Below, one piece after another: positions 9,400 to 18,507 of a stretch of 26,786 bases of DNA. The DNA is taken from the NCBI GenBank assembly GCA_964345055.1, contig CAYFPW010000001.1, positions 1 to 26,786 on the forward strand, in the 5' to 3' direction. A model generated the notes under the pieces. It had not been told where the DNA came from. It made no database searches and saw only the letters and a program-made list of their open reading frames with translations. The stretch comes from an uncultured Steroidobacteraceae bacterium. GTDB lineage: Bacteria; Pseudomonadota; Gammaproteobacteria; Steroidobacterales; Steroidobacteraceae. A program made the position numbers and the translations under genes. Numbering within the stretch: the stretch's first letter is position 1; every line of letters starts with the position of its first letter.

Positions 9400-11109
9400 C
9401 TAGGTGTTTAACCGTGCGCGAATGAAGGACACGGCCTCTGCAAGCGGCATGTCTTCGTTATCGGCAGCGCGACGGGCGCGGTACTCAAGCTGACCGTTGG
9501 CCAGTCCGCGCTCGCCAATGACGATCCGGTGGGGAATGCCCAGCAGTTCAGCGTCCGCAAGCTTGACGCCCGGGCGTGCATCGCGGTCGTCGTACAGCAC
9601 TTCGATGCCGGCGGCGGTGAAATCCGCGTAGAGCCGCTCTGCCGTGTCGCGCACCAGTTCGGATTTGTGCGCATTCATCGGGACGAGGACCACCTGGAAG
9701 GGTGCCAGCGGCGCCGGCCAGATGATGCCGCGCTCGTCATGGTTCTGTTCGATGGCGGCGGCAACGATGCGCGTCACGCCGATGCCGTAGCAGCCCATCA
9801 GCATGGTCGAGGCCTTGCCGGATTCGTCCAGCACGGTGGCGTTCATCGCTTCGCTGTACTTCCGGCCGAGCTGGAAGATGTGGCCAACCTCGATGCCGCG
9901 CACGATCTTCAGTCGTCCCTGGCCGCTCGGGCTCGGATCGCCGTCGACGACATTACGCAGATCCGCTGCTGTGGGCTCGGGCAGGTCGCGGCCCCAGTTC
10001 ACGCCGGTGAGATGGGCGTCGAGACGGTTGGCGCCGCAGACGAAGTCGGCGAGGGCCAGCGCGCTGTGGTCCGCAAAAATCGGGCACTTCAGGCCGCGGG
10101 GACCGATGAAGCCCGGCTCGCAGCCGGCGGCGGCCTGCACTTCGGCGGCGTTCGCCATGCGGAAGGGGCTGGCGACGCCCGGCAGCTTGCCGGCCTTCAC
10201 CGCGTTTAGTTCATGGTCGCCGCGCACCAGCAGCGCTACGACGCCACCGTTCTGAGCAGCCACCAGCAGCGTCTTCAGGCACTGCGCAGGTGAAACCTTG
10301 AGCGCGCTGCAGAGCTGTTCGATGCTCTTGGCATTGGGGGTATGGGCTTCGGCCAGCGGCTGGCTGGCGGCGGCACGGGCCTGCGCCGGCGGTAGCGCTG
10401 CGGCCAGTTCGACATTGGCTGCGTACTCGTCACCATCCGATGCGGCGATGGCATCTTCGCCGGAGCTGGCCAGCACCTGGAATTCTTCCGAGGTATTGCC
10501 GCCAATGGAGCCGGTGTCGGCCTGCACGGCGCGGAACTGCAATCCCATACGGGTGAACATGCGCACATAAGCGGCGCGCATGGCAGCGTATCCCTCAGCC
10601 AGAGAGGCCTGGTCGAGGTGGAAGGAGTAGGCGTCCTTCATGATGAATTCGCGGCCGCGCATCACGCCGAAACGCGGGCGGACCTCGTCGCGGAACTTGA
10701 CCTGGATCTGATAGAAGTTGGCGGGCAGCTGACGATAGCTCTTGAGTTCGGCGCGCGCCGTGGCGGTGATGACTTCTTCGTGAGTCGGACCGATGACGAA
10801 GGAGCGGTCGTGCCGGTCCTTCAGGCGCAGCAGTTCCGGGCCGTACTGTTCCCAGCGGCCGGATTCCTGCCACAGTTCCGCGGGCTGCACGGCCGGCATC
10901 AGCACTTCCATGGCACCGGCGCGGTCCATTTCCTCGCGGATGATCTGCTCCACCTTACGTAGGGTGCGCAGTCCCATTGGCAGCCAGGTATAGATCCCGG
11001 CGGCGACGCGGCGGATGAGTCCGGCGCGCAGCATCAGCTGGTGGCTGATGACTTCGGCTTCGGACGGGGTTTCCTTGACGGTATTGATCGGGTAGAGCGA
11101 GAGACGCAT
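9400..11109 (-). CDS. proS: Proline--tRNA ligase (bacterial type with INS editing domain)
   Basis: [49 protein letters not shown]. Confidence 0.97.
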   Translation of the reverse strand: MRLSLYPINTVKETPSEAEVISHQLMLRAGLIRRVAAGIYTWLPMGLRTLRKVEQIIREEMDRAGAMEVLMPAVQPAELWQESGRWEQYGPELLRLKDRHDRSFVIGPTHEEVITATARAELKSYRQLPANFYQIQVKFRDEVRPRFGVMRGREFIMKDAYSFHLDQASLAEGYAAMRAAYVRMFTRMGLQFRAVQADTGSIGGNTSEEFQVLASSGEDAIAASDGDEYAANVELAAALPPAQARAAASQPLAEAHTPNAKSIEQLCSALKVSPAQCLKTLLVAAQNGGVVALLVRGDHELNAVKAGKLPGVASPFRMANAAEVQAAAGCEPGFIGPRGLKCPIFADHSALALADFVCGANRLDAHLTGVNWGRDLPEPTAADLRNVVDGDPSPSGQGRLKIVRGIEVGHIFQLGRKYSEAMNATVLDESGKASTMLMGCYGIGVTRIVAAAIEQNHDERGIIWPAPLAPFQVVLVPMNAHKSELVRDTAERLYADFTAAGIEVLYDDRDARPGVKLADAELLGIPHRIVIGERGLANGQLEYRARRAADNEDMPLAEAVSFIRARLNT

Positions 11110-11115
11110 CCGGCC

Positions 11116-11130
11116 ATATTAGCCTATGAT
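11116..11130. promoter_or_regulatory. Back-to-back -10 elements for proS (TAATAT, - strand, 11121-11116) and pssA (TATGAT, + strand, 11125-11130)
   Basis: 30-bp divergent gap. Spacers to the ATGs are 6 nt (proS) and 9 nt (pssA). No SD for either gene. Confidence 0.55.
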
Positions 11131-11139
11131 TCGACTCCC

Positions 11140-11970
11140 ATGAGTACCCAACAGTCAGGACCTGAGACGGATTCCGCCCCAACGCGGGTGCCGTCACGGC
11201 GTCGCGCGATCTACCTGCTGCCCAACCTGTTCACGACGGGTTGCCTGTTTTGCGGGTTCTACGCCATCGTCGCGGCCATCGACGGCAACTTCGAGCGCGC
11301 CGGATCCGCGGTATTCGCCGCCATGCTGTTCGACACGCTCGACGGGCGGGTCGCTCGCCTGACGAACACCGAGAGCGCGTTTGGCAAGGAGTACGACAGT
11401 CTAGCCGACATGGTCGCCTTCGGGCTGGCCCCGGCCATCGTCAGTTATCAGTGGGGCGTGGCGCGCATCGCCGAATACGGCAGTGTGTGGTTCCGCTTTG
11501 GCTGGGTCGCCGCGTTCTTCTATGCCGCCTGCGCAGCGATGCGCCTGGCGCGTTTCAATGTTCGCTCGGGCAGCCAGGACAAGCGCTACTTCGAAGGCCT
11601 GCCCAGTCCTTCTGCGGCGGCCTGCGTGTCGGCATTCATCTGGTCGTTCTCGGAATGGCGCGAACCCGGGCTGCCGGGGTTGATCCTGACCTTCGTGGTC
11701 ACTGCTGCAGCCGGTGCCCTGATGGTCAGCCGTTTCAGCTATCCCAGCTTCAAGGGCATCGATCTGACCAAGCCCATCAGCTTCCTGTGGCTGGTGCTGA
11801 TTGCCGTGGTCATCTCGGCCTTTGCCAGTGATCCGCCGCGCGCATTCCTGGTGTGTTTCGGGACCTACGCGCTGTCGGCGCCGCTCATCTGGCTGGTACG
11901 GCGCGTGCGTCGCAAGCACCGGCACGATCAGCGCGGCGGTGGTTCATCCGATTCTTCGACCGCGGCCTGA
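11140..11970 (+). CDS. pssA: CDP-diacylglycerol--serine O-phosphatidyltransferase (membrane, CDP-alcohol phosphotransferase type)
   Basis: [16 protein letters not shown]...[27 protein letters not shown]. Start re-called to ATG 11140 because the ORF-track start overlaps proS. Confidence 0.92.
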   Translation: MSTQQSGPETDSAPTRVPSRRRAIYLLPNLFTTGCLFCGFYAIVAAIDGNFERAGSAVFAAMLFDTLDGRVARLTNTESAFGKEYDSLADMVAFGLAPAIVSYQWGVARIAEYGSVWFRFGWVAAFFYAACAAMRLARFNVRSGSQDKRYFEGLPSPSAAACVSAFIWSFSEWREPGLPGLILTFVVTAAAGALMVSRFSYPSFKGIDLTKPISFLWLVLIAVVISAFASDPPRAFLVCFGTYALSAPLIWLVRRVRRKHRHDQRGGGSSDSSTAA

Positions 11971-11974
11971 AACG

Positions 11975-12670
11975 ATGGCGATGCAGCCGCAGCGGTACGC
12001 GCAGTACCTGGACGCGCTGGGGATCGATCTGTTCGTGCCGCGGGGCGGTGTGGCACGCGCAGCGGCGCAGGACGCACCTGCGGCTGCGGATGATGCTGCT
12101 TGGACGCAGCTGGAAACCGAGGTGCGCGGCTGCACGCTATGTGCACTGAGCCAGAGCCGCACGCAGACGGTGTTTGGCGTTGGTAACCGGCGCACTGAAC
12201 TGCTGCTGGTGGGCGAGGCCCCTGGTGCGGACGAGGATGCGCAGGGCGAGCCCTTCGTCGGGCGAGCCGGGCAACTGCTCAATGCGATCCTGCGTGGCAT
12301 GCGTTGGCCGCGACCCACGGTCTACATCGCCAATATCCTCAAGTGCCGTCCGCCGGGTAACCGCGATCCATCACCCGAAGAATCCGCCTGCTGCACGCCT
12401 TACCTGCACCGGCAGATCGAACTGATCAAGCCGCTCATGATTCTCGCGGTGGGTCGTGTCGCTGCGCAGAACCTGCTCGCCACCGAGACGCCGATCAGCA
12501 AATTGCGTGGGGTTGTGCATCGCTATGGGACGCGTGAAACGCCGCTCATCGCCACCTATCACCCCTCCTATCTGTTGCGCAGCCCGGGCGAGAAGCGCCG
12601 CGTGTGGGATGACATGAAGTTCCTCAAGGCCGAGCTGGAGAAGCGGCGCGCGGCAGCCGCGACAGGCTGA
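11975..12670 (+). CDS. Family-4 uracil-DNA glycosylase ([4Fe-4S]) with a HolD/psi-like N-terminal peptide
   Basis: Motif [25 protein letters not shown], motif [10 protein letters not shown]. Four Fe-S-type Cys (CTLC, KCRP, ACC). N-terminal [13 protein letters not shown] followed by an Ala-rich linker. Start 11975 or 11981. Confidence 0.9.
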   Translation: MAMQPQRYAQYLDALGIDLFVPRGGVARAAAQDAPAAADDAAWTQLETEVRGCTLCALSQSRTQTVFGVGNRRTELLLVGEAPGADEDAQGEPFVGRAGQLLNAILRGMRWPRPTVYIANILKCRPPGNRDPSPEESACCTPYLHRQIELIKPLMILAVGRVAAQNLLATETPISKLRGVVHRYGTRETPLIATYHPSYLLRSPGEKRRVWDDMKFLKAELEKRRAAAATG

Positions 12671-13149
12671 TGGTTGCCGAGCCCGGCGGTGCCCTGGGTG
12701 TGCTCGAGCTGGACATCCGTCCGATGGACAGCGGCGATCTCACCGCCGTGGCGCAGCTGGAGCGCGAGAGCTACGAGTTCCCGTGGAGCGAGGGCATTTT
12801 TCGCGACAGTCTGCGAGTGGGTTATTACTGCAGCGTTCTGACTTTCGATCCAATCATTGCCGGCTACAGCGTGCTGGCGGTTGGTGCCGGCGAGGCGCAC
12901 ATCCTGAATGTCTGCGTGCGACGCGAGTTCCGCGCCCGTGGTCTCGGCGGCCGCTTGCTCGATCACCTGATTGATCAGGCGCGCGATGCCGGTGCCGGCA
13001 CGCTGTTTCTCGAAACGCGGCCGTCCAACCTGTCGGCGATCCGGCTTTACCATTCCAAGAGCTTCGTGCAGATCGGCATCCGGCGCGGCTACTATCAGGC
13101 GGCAGGTGGCCGTGAAGATGCCATCGTCATGCGTCGGCCGCTCTTCTAG
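12670..13149 (+). CDS. rimI: Ribosomal protein S18 N-acetyltransferase
   Basis: FPWS, EAHILNVCV, RARGLG, LETRPSN.SA..LY, RRGYY...GREDA. TGATG overlap with the UDG gene. Confidence 0.93.
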   Translation: MVAEPGGALGVLELDIRPMDSGDLTAVAQLERESYEFPWSEGIFRDSLRVGYYCSVLTFDPIIAGYSVLAVGAGEAHILNVCVRREFRARGLGGRLLDHLIDQARDAGAGTLFLETRPSNLSAIRLYHSKSFVQIGIRRGYYQAAGGREDAIVMRRPLF

Positions 13150-13158
13150 GCGGGCGGC

Positions 13159-13167
13159 TGCTAGAAT
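13159..13167 (+). promoter_or_regulatory. Putative extended -10 (TG-C-TAGAAT) for prfC
   Basis: TGCTAGAAT-ccgcgtcca-ATG: 9 nt spacer, no SD. Confidence 0.55.
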
Positions 13168-13176
13168 CCGCGTCCA

Positions 13177-14787
13177 ATGAATTCTCCTGATCCCGGGCTC
13201 GCCGCGGAAATCGCGCGCCGGCGCACCTTCGCCATCATCTCGCACCCCGACGCGGGCAAGACCACGCTGACCGAGAAGCTGCTGCTGTTCGGCGGTGCGA
13301 TCCAGCTCGCCGGTACGGTCAAGGGCCGCAAGGCCGCGCGTCATGCGACTTCGGACTGGATGGCGCTGGAGCAGCAGCGCGGAATTTCCATTACCAGTTC
13401 GGTGATGCAGTTCCCGTACCTGGGTCGCATCGTCAATCTGCTCGATACGCCGGGTCACGAAGACTTCTCCGAGGACACCTATCGCACGCTGACCGCAGTG
13501 GACTCGGCACTGATGGTCATCGACTGTGCCAAGGGCGTCGAGCAGCGCACCGTGAAGCTGATGGAAGTCTGCCGCTTGCGCACGACTCCCATCATGACCT
13601 TCATCAACAAGCTCGACCGCGAAGGCCGTGCGCCCATCGAGCTGCTCGATGAAATCGAGAGTGTGCTGAAAATCCAGTGCGCGCCGATGACCTGGCCGAT
13701 TGGCATGGGCCGCTCGCTGCGCGGGATTTATCACCTGGGTGAGGATCGTATTTACGTTTACGAGGCCGCCGAGAAGGGGCGCGCCGGTACCACGCATGTC
13801 ATCGAGCGACTGGATTCGGATGAGGCGCGTGAACTGCTGGGCAACGACTGGCAGGCCTTTAGCGATGAGATCGAGCTGGTGCGCGGCGCCAGTCCGGCGT
13901 TCGACAAGCAGGCGTACCTCGCCGGTGCGCAGACACCAGTGTTCTTCGGATCGGCCATTTCCAACTTTGGTGTCCAGGAGTTGCTGACGTCCTTCGTCAC
14001 TCACGCGCCTGCGCCACTGCCACGCGCCACGCTGCAGCGTGAGGTGCAGCCGCAGGAAGAGGCGCTGACCGGCTTCGTCTTCAAGATCCAGGCCAATATG
14101 GATCCGCAGCACCGCGATCGCGTGGCGTTCTTGCGTCTGTGCTCCGGTCGGTACCGGCGTGGCATGCGCCTGTACCACACGCGCCTGCAGAAAGAGGTGC
14201 GGGTTGCCGATGCGCTGACATTCATGGCAGCCGAGCGCGTGCAGGCCGAGGATGCCTATGGCGGCGACATTATCGGTCTGCACAACTATGGCACCATCAA
14301 CATCGGCGACTCGTTCAGCGAGGGTGAGTCGCTGAGCTTCACCGGCATTCCCAACTTTGCACCCGAGCTGTTTCGGCGTGCCGTGCTGAAAGATCCGCTT
14401 CGTATGAAGGCGCTGCAGAAGGGTCTGGCGCAGTTGTGCGAGGAGGGCGCCACGCAGCTGTTCAAGCCGCTGCGCAACAATGACCTGGTACTCGGGGCCG
14501 TGGGTCAGCTGCAGTTCGAGGTGGTCGCGTTCCGACTGGCCGACGAATATGGCGTGCAGTGCGTGTTCGATGCGGTCAATGTCTACACCGCGCGCTGGGT
14601 CAAGGCACCGGATGAGAAGCGTCTGGAAGAATTCCGCGAGAAGGCCTTTGAAAACCTCGCGCTCGATCATGGGGGTGCGCTGGTCTATCTGGCGCCGACG
14701 CGGGTCAACCTGTCGCTGATACAGGAGCGCTGGCCGGATATTCAGTTCCTGGAGACACGGGAGCATCACAGTGGGTCAGCGGAATGA
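13177..14787 (+). CDS. prfC: Peptide chain release factor 3
   Basis: [46 protein letters not shown]. Confidence 0.97.
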   Translation: MNSPDPGLAAEIARRRTFAIISHPDAGKTTLTEKLLLFGGAIQLAGTVKGRKAARHATSDWMALEQQRGISITSSVMQFPYLGRIVNLLDTPGHEDFSEDTYRTLTAVDSALMVIDCAKGVEQRTVKLMEVCRLRTTPIMTFINKLDREGRAPIELLDEIESVLKIQCAPMTWPIGMGRSLRGIYHLGEDRIYVYEAAEKGRAGTTHVIERLDSDEARELLGNDWQAFSDEIELVRGASPAFDKQAYLAGAQTPVFFGSAISNFGVQELLTSFVTHAPAPLPRATLQREVQPQEEALTGFVFKIQANMDPQHRDRVAFLRLCSGRYRRGMRLYHTRLQKEVRVADALTFMAAERVQAEDAYGGDIIGLHNYGTINIGDSFSEGESLSFTGIPNFAPELFRRAVLKDPLRMKALQKGLAQLCEEGATQLFKPLRNNDLVLGAVGQLQFEVVAFRLADEYGVQCVFDAVNVYTARWVKAPDEKRLEEFREKAFENLALDHGGALVYLAPTRVNLSLIQERWPDIQFLETREHHSGSAE

Positions 14788-14800
14788 AAGGGCACCCGGC

Positions 14801-16063
14801 GTGAAGGGCTGGTCGCTCAGGAATCCCGTGGTGGCCTGGGCGATGTATGACTGGGCCAATTCGGCCTATGCCACCACCGTGATGGCGGGGTTCTTTCCAA
14901 CCTTTTTCCGGCAGTACTGGAGCAGTGGCGCCGAGGTCACCGTCACGACCTGGCGGCTTGGGCTCGCCAACGGACTGGCCGGCTTCCTCATCGCCGCCTT
15001 GGCGCCGATCCTTGGCGCACTGGCGGATCGCAGCGCCCGTCGCAAGCAGTTCATGTTTGCCTGGACCGTGTTGGGCGCACTGGCCTGTATGGCAATGTTC
15101 TGTGTCGGTCAGGGGCAGTGGTTGATGGCCGCTGCATGTTTCGTACTGGGCACGCTTGGTTTCAATGGCGGTATCGTGTTCAACGATGCGCTGATCACGC
15201 ATGTGGCGGCACCGCGCGACTATGATCGCGTCTCGGCGCTGGGCTATGCGCTGGGCTATCTGGGTGGCGGTTTACTGTTCGCACTGAATGTGGCGATGAC
15301 CGTGAAGCCTGCCTGGTTCGGGCTGCACAATGCAGCCGAGGCCGTGCGCTGGAGCTTCCTCAGCGTCGGCATCTGGTGGGTGGTGTTTTCTCTGCCGCTG
15401 ATGGCATGGGTGCGTGAGCAGGATGGCGCGATGGGGTCCGGCGGCCTCGCGGAGTCGCTGCGCGAGTTGCGTCGCACGGTGCGCGATATCGTCGGCTGTC
15501 GGCCGCTGTGGCTGTTTCTGCTCGCCTATTGGCTCTATATCGACGGCGTGAACACGGTTATCAAAATGGCCGTGGACTTTGGCTTGTCGCTCGGTCTGCC
15601 GGCCTCCAGTCTGCTGGGCGCACTGCTGCTGACCCAGTTCGTGGCGTTCCCGGCCGCGATTGTCTTTGGACGGCTCGGCGAGCGCTACGGCGCCAAGCGC
15701 GCGGTGCTGTTCGGGATTGGTGTGTACGGCGCGCTGAGCCTGTATGCGCTGCGGTTGGCAAGTGTCACTGAGTTCTGGGTGCTGGCCATCGTCGTCGGAC
15801 TGGTGCAGGGGGGGGTGCAGAGCCTCTCCCGTTCACTGTTCGGCCGCTTCGTTCCGCCGGGCAGGGCGGCCGAGTACTTTGGCTTCTACAACCTGATGGG
15901 CAAGTTCGCCACGGTGCTCGGCCCGCTTCTGGTGGGCGCCACCGCGGCGCTCACTCACGACTCGCGCGCCGGCATCAGCTCACTGCTGCTGTTGTTCGTC
16001 AGCGGCGGACTGCTGCTGTGGCGGGTCAGGGTGCCGGAACAGTCGGATGCTCCCGCGGCCTGA
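14801..16063 (+). CDS. MFS transporter, UMF1/Atg22 (YxiO-like) family
   Basis: WAMYDWANSAY, ILGALAD, SALGYALGYLGG, GGVQSLSRS, FGFYN..GK. GTG 14801 chosen because AAGGG lies 8 nt upstream. Confidence 0.82.
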   Translation: MKGWSLRNPVVAWAMYDWANSAYATTVMAGFFPTFFRQYWSSGAEVTVTTWRLGLANGLAGFLIAALAPILGALADRSARRKQFMFAWTVLGALACMAMFCVGQGQWLMAAACFVLGTLGFNGGIVFNDALITHVAAPRDYDRVSALGYALGYLGGGLLFALNVAMTVKPAWFGLHNAAEAVRWSFLSVGIWWVVFSLPLMAWVREQDGAMGSGGLAESLRELRRTVRDIVGCRPLWLFLLAYWLYIDGVNTVIKMAVDFGLSLGLPASSLLGALLLTQFVAFPAAIVFGRLGERYGAKRAVLFGIGVYGALSLYALRLASVTEFWVLAIVVGLVQGGVQSLSRSLFGRFVPPGRAAEYFGFYNLMGKFATVLGPLLVGATAALTHDSRAGISSLLLLFVSGGLLLWRVRVPEQSDAPAA

Positions 16064-16643
16064 ACGTTGCAGGGTCGGCTCGCGTGGCATCGCTGCCCTG
16101 CTGCTGGGGGTGACACTGTCGCTGATCACTGCCGATGCCTTTGCGCTGCGCAGCGGTCCGCGTCGCACCAGGCCTGCCGATATGGTCGTCATCCATTCCA
16201 CGGGCGGCCCAACCTGCGACGCGCAGACCGGCCGGCTGGTCTGGATTGGTGCCGGCACATTGGCTGAGGATCTGCGCACTATCGAGGCCCATCCGCAGCT
16301 GGGCGTGCACTACATGATCGACCGCGACGGCACGGTACGCAGCAGCGTGCCCGAGGATCGGGTGGCGCATCATGTCTTCCACTTCAGCGAGCAGTCGATT
16401 GGCATCGAGCTGGTGAACGATGGCGATGGCCGGGATCCATTTCCCGAGCCACAGCTGACGGCACTGGTGCAGCTGTTGCGCGGGATCGTCCAGCGACATG
16501 GCATCCCGCGCACTGGTGTCCGGCGCCATTCCGACCTCGACCATGGGCACCTGAACTGCGCCCCGACACAATTACGCAAGGTCGACCCGGGCGCCGCATT
16601 CCCATTGGCCACCGTCATCGATTCCGTCTTCGGTGCCCGTTGA
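16047..16643 (+). CDS. Exported N-acetylmuramoyl-L-alanine amidase (Amidase_2, AmpD-like)
   Basis: VVIHST, VHYMIDRDG, SIGIEL, RHSD, KVDPG (His/His/Asp Zn ligands and the catalytic Glu). Hydrophobic signal ending ADAFA. Start uncertain. Confidence 0.85.
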   Translation: MLPRPERCRVGSRGIAALLLGVTLSLITADAFALRSGPRRTRPADMVVIHSTGGPTCDAQTGRLVWIGAGTLAEDLRTIEAHPQLGVHYMIDRDGTVRSSVPEDRVAHHVFHFSEQSIGIELVNDGDGRDPFPEPQLTALVQLLRGIVQRHGIPRTGVRRHSDLDHGHLNCAPTQLRKVDPGAAFPLATVIDSVFGAR

Positions 16644-16669
16644 CGCGAGCGCCCGCGGCAGAGAACAAT
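16640..16669 (+). promoter_or_regulatory. Possible sigma70 promoter TTGACG-N18-AACAAT for the DUF6152-ABM-cytochrome operon
   Basis: The -35 (5/6 match) overlaps the amidase stop. The -10 is 4/6. GGGGG SD-like sequence before ATG 16719. Confidence 0.3.
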
Positions 16670-16718
16670 CACCGGGCGGCGAGGGGTCACATTCCAATAA
16701 ATCCGGGGGCGATAACCG

Positions 16719-17771
16719 ATGGTCCTGAAAACTTCGCTTTGGTGTGCGTTGCTGGCGCTGCTCGCGGTGCCGGCGGCACGCGCGCATCACGGCATGGGCG
16801 GTGAGTTCGACAACAAGAAAACCATCGAGTTTGCCGCAGTCATTTCATCCGTGACATGGGCCAATCCGCACGTCCGGATGGAGCTCACCGAGGATGCCGG
16901 CAAGAGCACGGCCAAGACCTGGCTGATCGAAACCAACTCGGTTTCCAGTCTTTCGCGACTCGGGATCACCCGCGATATCGTTGCGGTGGGCGCGCCGGTC
17001 CGGGTGGCCGGATTTCCTTCGCTGACCAGCGATCGTCGTCTGTTCATGACCCACATGCTGCTGCCCGACGGCCGTGAGGCCGCGTTCCAGGACAATGGCA
17101 AACCACGCTGGCAAGGCGTGTCGGTGGGCAATGACGACAGGATCCACGGCAAGATCGTCGAGGCGGATTTCAGCAAGCGTCCCACCTCCATCTTTTCTGT
17201 GTGGACTACGGTCTACGGCAACCTCGGCAGTCACAACACCCAGCCGGCGGCCTCGGCGGACTACCCGGCCACCCCGCGCGGCTTGAAGGAAGCTGCGGCG
17301 GTCGACATGGTCCATGATCACCCGCTCAACGACTGCAAGCCTAAGGGCATGCCGGTGGCGATGTTTGCGCCGTATCCCGTGCAGCTGATTAGGGACGGCG
17401 CCAACATCAAAGTGCGCTTGGAAGAGTACGATGCCGAGCGCCTGATCGTAATGACCAGCAAGCATGACGATGCGCGTGTGGCGCCCAGTCGCTTGGGTTA
17501 TTCCACCGGCGTGTGGCAGGGCGACAAGCTGGTCGTGAAGACCACCAAGATCGACTATCGCTACCTCGGAATCCAGACCCAGCCGCTGCCGGTTATCCAG
17601 GGCCCGCGCATCAGCACGGTCGAGACCTTCCAGCTCAGCGCCGATCACAATCAGCTGAACTACACGGTGGTGATCACTGATCCGGATTACCTCACCAAGC
17701 CTCTGACCGTGAGCAAGTTCTGGCAGTACCAGCCCGGTGCGAAGATCGACCGCTACAACTGCACCCGCTGA
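16719..17771 (+). CDS. Exported two-domain protein of unknown function: N-terminal DUF6152-like domain plus C-terminal Cys-containing beta-rich domain
   Basis: Signal peptide ending ARA|HHG, then the HH..EFD and WANPH motifs I recall for DUF6152. The C-terminal domain has C.P.GMP, G.S.G.W.GD.LVV.T and a terminal Y.C. Family number is from memory. Confidence 0.65.
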   Translation: MVLKTSLWCALLALLAVPAARAHHGMGGEFDNKKTIEFAAVISSVTWANPHVRMELTEDAGKSTAKTWLIETNSVSSLSRLGITRDIVAVGAPVRVAGFPSLTSDRRLFMTHMLLPDGREAAFQDNGKPRWQGVSVGNDDRIHGKIVEADFSKRPTSIFSVWTTVYGNLGSHNTQPAASADYPATPRGLKEAAAVDMVHDHPLNDCKPKGMPVAMFAPYPVQLIRDGANIKVRLEEYDAERLIVMTSKHDDARVAPSRLGYSTGVWQGDKLVVKTTKIDYRYLGIQTQPLPVIQGPRISTVETFQLSADHNQLNYTVVITDPDYLTKPLTVSKFWQYQPGAKIDRYNCTR

Positions 17772-17808
17772 GAGCCGCGCAGATGCGGCGAGTCTGGACA
17801 GCTGAGGC

Positions 17809-18507
17809 GTGTTGGCGGTGAGGGGCATCGCCGGCTTGCTGCTTTGGCTGACTGCCGTGGTTGCGGTGGCTCAGGCACCGGGACCAGCGTCGTCGGAAGG
17901 ATTGCGCTCCGTCGCCAGCTACGTGGCGGTCGAGGCGGGGCAGGATGCAGCCGCTGCGGCGGCGCTGAAGGCTTATGCGGCGCGAGTGCGGCTTGATCCG
18001 GCGGCGCAGCGGGTGCTGCTCCTGGCAGAGATCGGTCGTCCCGGGCAGTTCGTGCTGCTCGAGTCATGGCGCGACGAGACGGCTTGGTTGGCCCATGCGG
18101 CCGCTCCTTCTCGGCAGACGCTCGAGCAGGCGCTGCAGCCGATTCTATTGGCACCGTTTGATGATCGTCTCGGTTTGCCCATGCAGCGCGAAACGCCCGC
18201 CAGCGAGCCGCGCGATGCGGTGCATGTGGTGCTGCATGTGGATGTCACGGGCACGGGTATCGACACCATGCCGGAGACATTGCGCGAAACAGCCGGAAAG
18301 GCGCTGCGAATGCCCGGCGCGATCGCTTTCGAGATCGCAACCCAGAGCAATAAGCGCAACCACTTCACCGTGCACGAGATCTGGGCAAGTCGCGCAGCCT
18401 ACGACGCCTACAACGCCAGCGCAGCGGCCAAAGGATTTCGCGCCCGCTTCCATCAGGTGAAGGGCGCCGTCTACGACGACCGCCTGTTCACGCAGATCCC
18501 GCCTTGA
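17809..18507 (+). CDS. Exported tandem ABM (dimeric alpha/beta-barrel) domain protein
   Basis: Signal peptide (...VVAVAQA). Two repeats: EIGRPGQFVLLESW...AH and QSNKRNHFTVHEIW...AY, each ending in D(D)RL. Confidence 0.75.
   Translation: MLAVRGIAGLLLWLTAVVAVAQAPGPASSEGLRSVASYVAVEAGQDAAAAAALKAYAARVRLDPAAQRVLLLAEIGRPGQFVLLESWRDETAWLAHAAAPSRQTLEQALQPILLAPFDDRLGLPMQRETPASEPRDAVHVVLHVDVTGTGIDTMPETLRETAGKALRMPGAIAFEIATQSNKRNHFTVHEIWASRAAYDAYNASAAAKGFRARFHQVKGAVYDDRLFTQIPP

Noticed and set aside
11041-11139. Apparent pssA/proS and pssA/UDG overlaps from the ORF-track starts (11041, 11801)
   Set aside because: Upstream extensions are not homologous to the families. Starts at 11140 and 11975/11981 fit better.
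12568-14769. 733-aa antisense ORF spanning rimI and prfC
   Set aside because: It is in exact codon register with both genes, which share a frame. Antisense stops need sense TTA, CTA or TCA codons, which are rare at high GC. It is a shadow ORF with no recognisable motifs.
16644-16718. Possible riboswitch or CRP half-site upstream of the DUF6152-like gene
   Set aside because: No recognisable aptamer consensus or expression platform, and the TCACA at 16687 lacks a matching TGTGA half.
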